The translations under genes and the position numbers were made by a program. The notes beneath the pieces were generated by a model. It had not been told where the DNA came from. It saw only the letters and a program-made list of their open reading frames with translations, and did not search any database. A DNA stretch of 64,000 nt from Cycas panzhihuaensis (taxonomy: Eukaryota; Plantae; Cycadophyta), in NCBI GenBank assembly GCA_023213395.1, contig CM041465.1:138763741-138827740 (forward strand), given 5' to 3'. Positions 12,170 to 23,200 of the stretch are shown here, piece after piece (within the stretch, counting starts at the first letter, position 1; each line of letters begins with the position of its first letter).

Positions 12170-14518
12170 TATTCCAATCCCTGATGCATCACACTCCAAT
12201 ACGAACGGTTTTGAAAAGTCGGAGGTTGCTAAGACTGGAGTTGTTACTATGGCTTTCTTGAGATCACCGAATGCTTCTTCTACTTTAGGGTTCCAAGCAA
12301 GCATGTCTTTCTTGGTTAAGTCTGTGAATGGAGCTGCTAGTGTGCATAACCCTTTATGAATTTCCTAACAAATCCTGTTGCCCCCAAGAACCCTTGAACT
12401 GCTGTAACATTTGTTAGGGCTGGCCAATTCATAATTACTTGTATCTTCTTTGGGTCAATCCTTATGCCTACTCTAGTTATGATGTGGCCTAAGTATTCTA
12501 GCTCTTCTTTTGCAAATGAATATTTCTTCTTGTTGGCAAAGAATTGATTATCGCATAGAATTTCGAAAATGATTCTCAGGTGTTTTAGATGTTCCTCCCA
12601 TGTTTTACTGTAGATTAAGATATCATCGAAGAAAATTAACACAAATTTGCGTAACACTTGCCTGAAGGTATCATTCATGGTGCTCTGAAAGGTTGTTGGT
12701 GCGTTCATTAATCCAAACAGTATTACCCTGAGTTCGAATAGGCCTTCATGTGTTCTGAACGTTGTCTTGTACACGTCTTCTTCCCTTATCCAAATTTGAT
12801 GATATCCTGAGTGTAAGTCAATTTTTGAGAAGTACTTTGCTCCATCGATTTCGTCCAACAAATCATCAATGCGTGGGATCAGGTACTTGCTCTTGACTGT
12901 TAATTGATTGAGACCTCGGTAGTCCACACACATTCTATATGAGTCGTCCTTCTTTGGTTTGATAACAATTGGGGATGCAAATGGGCTTATGCAGGTAGTA
13001 ATACTTCCTTGGAGTAGTAGTTCCCTTGTCTCGATTTCTTTCCGTAAATGATGTGGATGCTTATAGGGTCAAACGTTGACAAGTGTTGCACCTAGTACAA
13101 GTTCAATTGCATGTTGATTTTGTCAAAGAGGCGGTAGTCATTTCAATTCATCAAACATTATCTCGTACTCTTCTATAATTTGTTGAACCTCTGGTGGAAT
13201 ATCCTCGATTTTGACCTTACAGCATGTCATAATGTATGCTAATGGGTTTTTCTAAGGAGTTTCTCCATTCGGTGTGACGAAACCAACTGTACTGGTGGCA
13301 TTGGCGGTGCATGCAATCTGTATTTATGTCCTCCCTGGCGAAAGCACATAAATCTAGTCATATAATTAGTGACTATATTGCCCAGTGTTTGAAGCCACTG
13401 AATTCCCAATACTACGTCCATGCCACTGATTTGCATTGCGAAGATGCATGCATTTGTGGAATATTCGCCCATTTGTAAATTGATTTTTTTACAAAAACCT
13501 CCACACAATGTTGTTTTCCCATTGGCAATTGATACTTGGAATGTTTTTAATGGTTCTATTTTAATTCCAAGCTTATTTGCAGTTGCCCTTTCTATAGAGT
13601 TATGTGTACTGCCACTATCGACTAGAATTGCAACAAGCACCCCTTTAATCATCCCTTGGAACCGAAGTGTCTACGGAGTGACACTTTGTCCTGTAATTGC
13701 TTATAGTTATGTGTACGCTTTCTATATCTAGCTCCAATAGTTCATCTACTTCAACTTCTTCTAGCTTTTCTTCGACTTCTTCGTGAATTTCTTCGGGTGC
13801 TTCTTCTTGCTCCAATATTGTCGTGTCTTCAGTATTGATCATGTATAACTTCTTCCCAGTGCATTGATGTTCACGGCTCCACTTCGAACTACATTTGAAA
13901 CAAGTTCCTTTCTTCAAATGTTCTTCCTTCATCATTGTCTCTTGATTATTTCTAATCGCTAATGGAGACTCAACTTTGGTTCCTGACTTGTTCCAATTCG
14001 GGTTAAATCCCTGCGAGCTTTCTGTTCTGCGTGTGTATGTAGGTCTAGTCTCCCACATCTTTGCTTCCATGCATCTTGCTGTCTTGATTGTTGAATCCAA
14101 TGTTGGTACTTCCATTGCTTTTAGATGATATCTTATCGGAGGTTTCAATCCGCTAATGTACGTTTCCAAAAGGAGTTATGGTGGTACTGTTAATGGAATT
14201 AGACATTGTAATACTTGAAACTGTTTGGTAAACGCTTGGATTGAGCATGTTTGTTGTAATCTTGTCAACTAGGCAAAATAGTTCGTGCTCCATGAATCTT
14301 CATATTGGGTTATAAGCCCCTGCTTCATGTTGTGCCAACTTTTGACTTGCTTCCCACATGTTCGAAGCCACCACAAATACCATTCCAAAGCTCAACCATA
14401 CAAATGTAGTGATGCCAAGGATACATGCTCGTTTTTCGGTATCGCGTAAACTGAGAAATAGGTCTCCATCTGTAAAATCCATCCTCTTATATCTCTTGAT
14501 TTCTGGTATCTTTGCCAT
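12170..14518 (-). pseudogene. Element B gag-protease-RT-RNase H start
   Basis: Protease LVDSGSTHN, RT MCVDYRGLN..FGLMNAP..FFDDILIYS, RNase H FVLECDASGIG. Confidence 0.9.
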
Positions 14519-15415
14519 TGTTCCCCCATCGTTACTCTTGAGGCTTCTCCTTTGATATTCTCCTCCTATTTTAAATCTTCCTTCAATACTACTTGTATTT
14601 CCTTGTTCTATTTTGCCTTAGGGATCTGGGTTTACATCTTCTTTTGTTGTATAATCTTCTTAGAGCGTAACTCTGCTTGGCCTTCTCTCAAGATCCACAG
14701 GTGAGAAAATTTTCACTTCCTTCTCGTCAAAATGTCACCTTCCTTCCTTGTTGGACTAATAGCTGTGAACGTGAGTAGACTATCTTGATCCCCTCTGGAA
14801 ACAAATTTCGACTATATTTTCAGAAGGCACTTTTTCATAGGATAGCTTCAATAAAGCTCTAATACCACTTGTAGTGGAAACTTTTATCTTATTTCAGAAA
14901 TAACACAGGAATTTACAGATATTGATCTAATACATGCTCATATAGGTCTTATTAAGTAAAGATGAATATTGGAAATACACCCCAAACATAGGAGTAAAGC
15001 AATGGAAATCGTACAAATAGAAGGCAAATATATTGTCCAAAGTAATACAAGAAAGTACAATATACAACAAAATGTTCGTACTGGATATTTATCCCTTCGA
15101 GGCAGGAATCCTCCAAATATCTTAGAGCAAGAGGCCAAGCCAACTGCAGCCCTAGAGACGAAATATGGAAAAGAGATCCAACCGAAAAGTGATGCCCTAG
15201 AATAAGGGCTTTGATCCCTATTTATAATGGTCAAGTTTTATCCAGCTTGAAGTCACCCAGAACCTAGGGTTTTATGCCCAATCCCATGACATGGAAGTCG
15301 ACCAGAAGACAACCTCACAAGTCGGCCAATACTCTCATTCCTGCACTCAGTTCTAGGGTTTTAAGTCGAATAATAGGCCCCTAAAGAAAGGGATTTCTCG
15401 GAACGCAACACTGAC

Positions 15416-16403
15416 CGCAGTCTATATGTTAAATTTAACAAAGGCTTAGTCTCAATTATAGTTGTATATGTAGATGATATGCTACTCACAAGAAGCAATG
15501 CAAACTCAATTACCTTCATCAAAAATCAATTAGAAAAAGTCTTTGAAATGACATATCTTGGAATGTTGCATTACTATGTGAAAATTGAAGTGATAACTAA
15601 AAGATTTTGTGGTTTTATCTCAATCAAAATATGTCAAAAATATGTTGAAAAAGTTCAACATTGAAAATTGCAATAGTGCCATCACACTCATGGACACAGA
15701 ATGTGCATTAGATCTTCATCCAAAAGGACAAACTGTTAATACAACTATATACAAACAATTGGTCAGAAACCTAATCTATCTCATTGCTACTAGACCAGAT
15801 ATTTCCTATTTAGTTGGAGTAATTTCTAAATTTATGCAAGATCCAAAAGTATCACATTAGAATGTTGCAAAAAGAATTCTCATGTATCTAAAAGGAACAA
15901 CAAATCTAGGCATGAATTATACAAAAAGCTGTGACATGCAACTATCAGGGTTCAATGATTCTGATTAGGCAGAAAATAGAGTAGACAAGAAGTCCACGTC
16001 ATGCTATTGCTTCTACTTGGGGTTAGCCTTGGTATCTTGGAGCAATAAAAAGCAACACACAGTAGGCCTATCATCAACAGAAGCAGAATTCAAATCAACA
16101 GTGAGTACAGCATGTGAAGCAATCCAAATCAAACCGCTACTAAAAGACCTAGGACAAGAACAGAAGTCATCCACCCAGTTGTTCTACAACAATCAAAGCA
16201 CAATTAAGATGACTAAAAACCCAATACTACATGCAAGGTCAAAGCATATAGAAGTTCATCCTCATTTTATTAGAGAAAAAGTCCAAAACAAGGAGATTGA
16301 ACTTCTACACTATCCTTCAGAAGATGAAACTGTTGATATCTTTACAAAACCGTTAAGCAAAGACAAGTTCTAGTTCTTCAAAGATAGACTAGGAGTAAAA
16401 TAG
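15416..16403 (+). pseudogene. Element A RT C-terminus and RNase H
   Basis: YVDDML, TRPDISY, SSTEAEF, KHIEVHPHFIRE and DIFTKPL motifs. Continues the RT frame broken at 4775. Confidence 0.9.
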
Positions 16404-16978
16404 ATAAAACATTAAGAGAGGGTGTTAAAGGTAACCTTTAATCTAGGACATTTAATGTTCTAAGAAATCTAGTACTTGTTCTCTTCATAATGTAATAATG
16501 ATGGTCATGTATCATTCCCTCTTTTCTCTTCGGGTGACAAGTGATAGACATGCATTGAATGATTGCCCAAGTTCCATACTGATAGTAACATATTTATAGA
16601 GGGTTCACCCCCATCAAAACTTGAAATCTTCTTACAGATTACCTAATAATATTACATTAAGTTCTTCTATTTGCAAAGGTTGTATGATGGGTAAACAACA
16701 CAAATCCCAATTTCAAGAAAGTAGTTGGAGAGCACAAGAAAGATTGGAATTGGTTCATAGTTATATACGTGGACCAATCACACCAAATTCTGTTAATGGT
16801 GCCAAGTATTTCCATACTTTCATAGATGCCTTTAACAAAAAAGCCTCGGTTCTTTTCATCTTCAACGAGTGAGAAGCATTTAATATTTTTTTAAAATTCA
16901 AAGCTCAAGTTAAATTAGGAAGTGGACATAAAATCAAAATTCGTAGAACAAATGGAAGAGGAGAATATATCTCGAATA

Positions 16979-19084
16979 TGATAAGAAATTACACAGAGAT
17001 GAAATGAAATTGCTTGATTTATTATGGAGGAGTGAACTCCTAATATATACAATTAGGGTTTGTAACCCCCAAGAAACTAACTGTAACCATAACATAAGAT
17101 GGTGACACTTGTTTGACACGTGTCATACTTAAATTTATAAGTTACATCTTTGAGGGGTTAATTATACAACCTCTATAGACTCCTAAGATAAAGCATTACA
17201 TTCCAACACCCTCTCTTAATGTTTTATCCCTTTAATCCTATCTTATTTCTAAGGATTTGAAATTTGTCTTTTCCAAGTGGTTTTGTCAATATATCTGCTA
17301 CTTGTTCTCTTGTTGGACAATAGGTCAGATCAATCTCCTTGCTTTGAACTTTTTCTCAAATGAAATGATGGTGAACTTCAATGTGCTTTGTTCTGGCATG
17401 GATAACTGGATTTCTGGTTAATTTGATTGCACTCTGATTGTCACAATTCAATATTGTTGGTCCTTGTTGATGTTGATTTAGATCTGTCAACAATTGTCTT
17501 AACCAAATTGCGTCAGTGGTTGCACTGACAGTTGATTTATACTCAGCTTCTGTTGATGATAGGGCTACCGTTGTTTGCTTTTTGCTACTCCAAGAAATTG
17601 ATGCAATGCCTAGGAAGAAGCAATATCCACTTGTAGATTTTCTCTACTCTTTGTCTCTTGCCCAATCTGAATCGTAGAATCCTGTCAATTGAAGTGACTC
17701 TTCCTTTGGATATACCAATTTCTATTCGATTGTTCCTTTTAAGTATCTCAATATTCTTTTTGATGCTCTCCAATGTTTTATTCTTGGCTACTACATGCAT
17801 CTCGATACTAGACTTACAGAGTATGAGATGCCACGTCTGGTGGCAATGAGATAGATCAAACTCCCAATAAGTTGTCTATACATAGTGGCATTAGCCTGAG
17901 GTTCTTCCTTGTCAGAGACCAAGTTACAATTGACTTCCATGGGGGTTGTGCATGCATTGCAATTCTCCATTTGAAATTTTGTTAACAAGTCCTTGATGTA
18001 CTTGCTTTGACACAGAGTGACTAAGTCCCTTTTTTGGTCAACTTCTATCCCTAGATAATAGCTTAGGAGGCCCAGATTAGTTATTTCAAATTTACTCTCT
18101 AGTTGACCTTTTATGCATGGATTGCAATTCTCCATTTGAAATTTTATTAGTAAGTCTATGATGTACTTGCTTTGACATAGAGTGACTTTGTCCTTTTTTT
18201 GGTCAACTTCTATCCCTAGATAATAGCTTAGGAGGCCCAAATCAGTCATTTCAAATTTACTCTCTAGTTGACCTTTTATGTTTGAAATTGATTCTTCATC
18301 ATCCCCGATGAGAATCATATCATCTACATATACTGCAATTATAGTGATCATCCCATTTCTATTCTTTACATACAAACATGAGTTTGAGCCACACCTATGG
18401 AATCCATTCTTACAGAGATAGTTGTCCAATTTTGCATATCATGCACGAGGGGCCTATTTTAGTCCATATAATGCCTTTTTCAACCTGCAGACCAAGTGTT
18501 CTTGCCCTTTTTCAATAGCCTTTTGGTTGCTTCATATAGACTTCTTTTTCTATTTCACCACTCAAAAAGGCACTTTTGACATCTAGTTGGTATATTTTCC
18601 AATTTTTCCGTATTGCTAATGCTATCACTATTCTTACTGTGTTTAATTTAGCTATAGGCGAAAATGTTTCTTCATAGTCTACCACAGTTGTTTGAGTGTA
18701 ACCCTTTGCAATAAGTCTTGTTTTATACTTTTCAATGTCTCCATCGGCTCCTTCCTTTATCTTGTAGATCCATTTGTAGTTGACTACTAGTTTGTTGGGT
18801 GGTAATTCAACCAATTCCCAAGTCTAATTTTTGATGATGGATTCTATCTTTGTGTCCATGGTTGTTCTCCATTCGACCTGCTCGTTTGCCTCTACAAATG
18901 ATTGGGGTTCTATGTTACTGTACAATGCTCTATGTCTCTAACTTCTTGTCCTATGAGGAAGTATATCTCATTTCCTTCCTCGATAGTTTTGAGGTACCAT
19001 TTGGGTAGTTTTTTCTCCTTCATTGGTTCTTCAATTCTTGATTCTTCTAGTGATAGTTCTTCCTCTTCTGACGGTGAGCTTTTA
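16979..19084 (-). mobile_element. Ty1/copia element H, 3' half only (3' LTR, PPT, RNase H, RT)
   Basis: LTR 16979-17208, PPT ccctctctt 17209-17217, RT ORFs 17791-18429 and 18512-18814 (YVDDMIL, QLDVKSAFL). Truncated at about 19084. Confidence 0.88.
17951..18280 (-). repeat. In-frame 165-bp tandem duplication in the RT of element H
   Basis: KGQLESKFE..KFQMENCN occurs twice in ORF 17791-18429; copies 17951-18115 and 18116-18280. Confidence 0.9.
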
Positions 19085-19640
19085 TGACATGTCTGTGTGT
19101 CGCACGTTGCTCCTCGGTACTAACAAATGCTTAGAAGGGTTGATTATTGATGATTCATGTGATTGAGTCCTTGGCTCTCTTAGTGCTACATGCCTTAATG
19201 TCCTCTCATACTTCCTAATACTCTATTTTAGTCGTTGCCACTTGGGTTGGATGTGATGTATCCCCCTCATTGGGTTGATTTCCCACATTCTTGGGTCGGG
19301 TTGCCACTTGGTTGGATGCGAGATGTCACCTTCATTGGGTTGATTTCCTACATTCATGGGATGTGGTGGATGTGTGTGTGTGTGTGATTTGTCCCACATT
19401 CATGAGTTGGCCAGACTCTCACATGAATATAAGGTAAAACACACCCCTACAACTTTGCCAATCTGGAACGAGCCTTTGAGTGTGAGAAGCCCGAAACGTG
19501 TGATTCAGTGCATCCACACCGATCCACGTTGCTCCCCGGTACTAACAAATGCTTAGAAGGGTTGATTATTGATTATTCATATGATTGAGTCCTTGGCTCC
19601 CCTAGTGTTGCACGCCTTAATGTCCTCTCATACTTCCCAA
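19085..19640 (+). mobile_element. Non-coding partial tandem element (422-bp unit, about 1.3 copies), retrozyme-like
   Basis: Direct repeats 19103-19215 and 19525-19637, internal 60-bp repeats, several hairpins, and a hammerhead-like fold at the unit junction. No TG..CA LTR, PBS or TSD. Confidence 0.6.
19463..19539 (+). ncRNA. Degenerate type I hammerhead ribozyme motif
   Basis: Stem I gagc(19470-73)/gctc(19531-34), extended by ctgg/ccgg. Core ctttga versus canonical CUGANGA. Stem II gtgt-gagaa-gccc, then GAAA 19493-96. Stem III acgtg..cacgt with an imperfect extension. GUU triplet at 19528-19530. Confidence 0.55.
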
Positions 19641-20224
19641 ACCAAAAATTGTCTTCAAAATCTGACTACAAATCTGAACTCGACTTGAAATTCTCTTCAA
19701 TTTCATATACTCATTTATTAAATCCGTACCCTTCAATATTTGTACGAAAATCCATAAGTCCATACGGTCTGCCATTAATTGTAGGCATCAAAACCTCTAA
19801 TAGTCATTCTAATAACTCTGTTAGTCCTTTCAAATCTGCCCTCAACCTAGTTGATCATGGCATCCTTGATTCCAGGGCTAAGTGACACTGATAAATTGAC
19901 TGGGAATAACTATAATGTATGGAGGATTAAAATGGAAGCCCTCTTACATGTAAAAAATGCATGGGAACTGAGCACAAGAGAAGAAAAAATACCCAATATT
20001 GAAGGAGATGCTAAAAAAAATTAGAAAGAAAGAAATAATGTAGGAGTAATAACATTAAAACTATCTATTTTCGATTATTCATTGGTATATACAAACAAAT
20101 TAAATACTTGTTCTCAAATCTGAAAAACTCTAGAAAATCTATATGCCCAAAAGAATAGAGCAATGGTTGTTACTCTAAAAGAAGAACTATTTAAACTGGT
20201 TATGAAAGAAACAGATACTGTAGC

Positions 20225-23200
20225 TGTTAAACCTTATGTTTTACCTTATGTTTACATGTTAAGCTTTATGTACTTTATGTTAATGTATTATGTGCACTTT
20301 AATGTTTTATGTGCACTTTTGTACTTTAGGGGTGACTTTATCACTTAAGTGATAAAGTACACACCCACTTTATGTCTAGTGACATAACGTTGTCACTTAT
20401 GTCACTTGAGGGTCAAATGACCCCCTTGCACTTTGCTCACAAGAGCTTCCAATGGACACTTGTCCTACATGCAAGCATGCATTGCATGATTGACACTTGT
20501 CAATCATGCAATAGCCTTTGGCCTCTCATCTCCCTCTATTTAATGAGGCCTTTCTTCATTGTTGTTCATTCAAGAGTTGGAGCTCCTTGTTATTCTGTTA
20601 GTTTGCTAATCAAGCTGAGCATTCTTTGGTGGTTGGACTAATTCCAACAACCCATACTTAGTATCATTATCTTGCTCCTCTTTCTCCTTGTGTTCTTTGT
20701 GTTTATGCTTAATGCATTTAATGCTTTTATGCTTTGTTAATGATCTTGGACCTATGTGGCCATTAGGCCCATTCTAGCAATTGGTATCAGAGCTGAAAGG
20801 TTTGAGAGCTAAGTTTGCTTAAGCTTTAAGGTTTGCTGTTAGCACTGAAGTCTGCCATAGTGCTGCCATATTTTAGGACTGTCTCTATCCTTCCTCTTCT
20901 TGGAACCTGTCCATACTTGCAGTCCCTATGCCTCTGAATTTGTCCCTGCATTTTTTTGGGAACTTGCTTTTTCTCTGCAAGCAAAATCTCTGTCCTCTGT
21001 CCCATACTTGAGGAAGTCTCTGCACAGGACCTGTTACGGGAGCCTGCTCTGTCCCTGCACTTGAAGCTTTTTGTCCCTGCATTTGTTTGGAAATTTGTCC
21101 TCTGCTAGACCTGCACACGGAGTTACGGAGGACCTGCGTCTGTCCACAAAGCCAGCCTGTCTGCACCTGTTAGCTGAAGCTGCACGGAAGAGAGGAAGAT
21201 TCACGGAGGACGCTGAAGTCTAAGGTGACACTTGCACGTTCTGCAAACCTATCTTGTCCCTGACAAAGGGAATCCTTACACGGACCTGTGCTCAGATAAG
21301 GGTCTGTCAACGAGAGCCCTACATCCGTCTCTGCCCGCATGGGCTCCTATTCACAGAGGTACTGTGCACGAGGTCGAACGGGCCTACACACGGAGGACGC
21401 ACGCCTATCAACGGGAGTCGACCATCCACGGAACCTTCCACGGACAAGCCCGCACAGAAAAACACGCACAACCGCCATTTTTTGGAAGTTTTGAATTGCT
21501 CTCCACCAAGCTTGGAGTCGGACCGTCGCCCTCTTGATTTTGGCTTTTTGGCCTAAATATTGGTTAATATGCATTTTAGCATATCCACAGAATATGTTTT
21601 TCTTAATTGGAGCATTTTTTATTAAGTTTCTTTTTTAAAAGATTCTTTATTGTTAATCTAAGGGGGGGTCTAGTATTTCAAGAGTTTTTCAATTCTCACT
21701 TAAAATTTTTTTTCCTTAGCTTCATTTGGAAAATATCTTAAGAGATATTTTAAGATTTTTATAGTGACTTAAATGCTTTAAAAGGATTTTTAGTGAGATT
21801 TAATCTCATTTTTAAAGCATTTTTTTGGTGCTCATAAAAGTACTTTTTAGTACTTAAGAGGATTAAATTTTTTCTTGGTGGAAAGAGGACTCATCAAATG
21901 ACTCATGCCAAGTCATTCTCCTCTCATTAAAGATTGAAGTTGCATGATTTAAGTGCTTAAAAAGACTCCCTGCGCGGTGTTCTAGTGATGCAAAGTTGCA
22001 AAAAAAGGTTGATTTTAGCCTTCATTTTTTGCTTTTTTAAGCTCTTTTAGCACTCAGTTTAATGCTATTAAAGCATTAAGAGCTTAAGTGAAGTGGTCAA
22101 TAAGCATGTTCATATTGTAAAGGTGACATTTATCACCATTTGAGTTGATTTTTTGGCACCTTGCATGGTGACCCATAGCCTTCAAAATCTCAAAAAGGAG
22201 GTTGAATTTTGTACTTAATAAAATCACTCTTTCTGTTGGATTGTTGAGACTATTTTAAAGTCTCAACAACTTGTTGCTTAGCATTTGCTTGGTGTTTGGA
22301 GTACATTTCGTACACTTTGGCAAGTGGTTCTTTCTCTACATCGGCTTTGGAGTGTTAAAACGAACCCACTTCTGCAATCGTCATCAAGGTTTTGCATCAA
22401 TTTTTTCACTAAGTACTAAAATCTCAAAAGTACTTACATATTGTACTCAAGCATCTTACTTGGATTTCAAAAAGCACTTAAACTTCAATCAAAATGCTCA
22501 TTATTGACATGTACTTGCTTCTTAAGAAGCCTATCATTGTAAGCTAAATCATAGCATCCACATTAAGTACATAATCCAAGTAAATGTACCTTAAAAATTC
22601 ACTTTAAAATTTTCTAAAAGTGAATTTTAAAATCAGGTTGGAGAGGCTCGAAAAAGGTTTAAACCTTACCTCTGCTACACTTAACTTGGACCAACTCAAT
22701 AGCCGAAGTCCTCCACCTCTCATCACTCCACCCAGTTGTTGGATCTTCTTGTAAAATCAAGACCGGTGGTGTTGTTAGAAGGTGGAACTTAAGCGACAAA
22801 GCTTTGAAGTTACCAAGTTATTTGCTAGCTTTTATACAAGTGAAAGATGGCTACTATTAACATGCACAATAAAGTTAACAGGGCAAGGAAATTATCAAGA
22901 ATGGAAAAGAATCACACAAAATCTCTTGATAATGAATGAATTTTGGGGATATGTTTCTGGGAGAATCCCCAATCCTACACTTGTTGATGATGATGAGGTT
23001 GATGTTGATTATGAACGTGTTGCTGCTTGGGAGGCCAAAGACGAGATTGCTTTGGCATTTCTTCATATGATTGTGGATGTGCATGTAGATCAAAATATCT
23101 CTTCTGCTAAATCTTCTAAAGAAGCTTGGGACACTTTGTCCTCATTGTATGAAAGGCGAGATGAAGCTCGCATTCTGATGGTGAAAGCCAAGCGTATTCA

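Larger units (their letters stand above)
4776..15410 (-). mobile_element. Ty3/gypsy chromovirus-type element B, interrupted by copia C
   Basis: LTRs 14870-15410 (5') and 4776-5305 (3', missing its first 11 bp). PBS gctctaatacca 14856-14867 on the minus strand. TSD ctgag (4771-4775) / ctgac (15411-15415). Domain order gag-PR-RT-RH-IN. Confidence 0.93.
699..16636 (+). mobile_element. Ty1/copia element A, full length, interrupted by gypsy B
   Basis: LTRs 699-919 and 16423-16636 (TG..CA). PBS ttgtattagagc 920-931. PPT aagagaggg 16414-16422. TSD catta (694-698) / gatta (16637-16641). Confidence 0.93.
600..16978 (+). mobile_element. Copia X remnant (only 600-698 and 16637-16978 are its own DNA); host of A and H
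   Basis: Joining the two pieces gives a continuous GAG-pre-integrase/integrase segment (..LKRLNMVD|LPNNITLSSSICKGCMMGKQHKS..) closely matching element K at about 58170-58600. Confidence 0.85.

Noticed and set aside
19235-19360. 60-bp repeats as a CRISPR array or Cassandra 5S domain
   Set aside because: Eukaryotic context, no unique spacers or cas genes, and no recognisable 5S A/C boxes.
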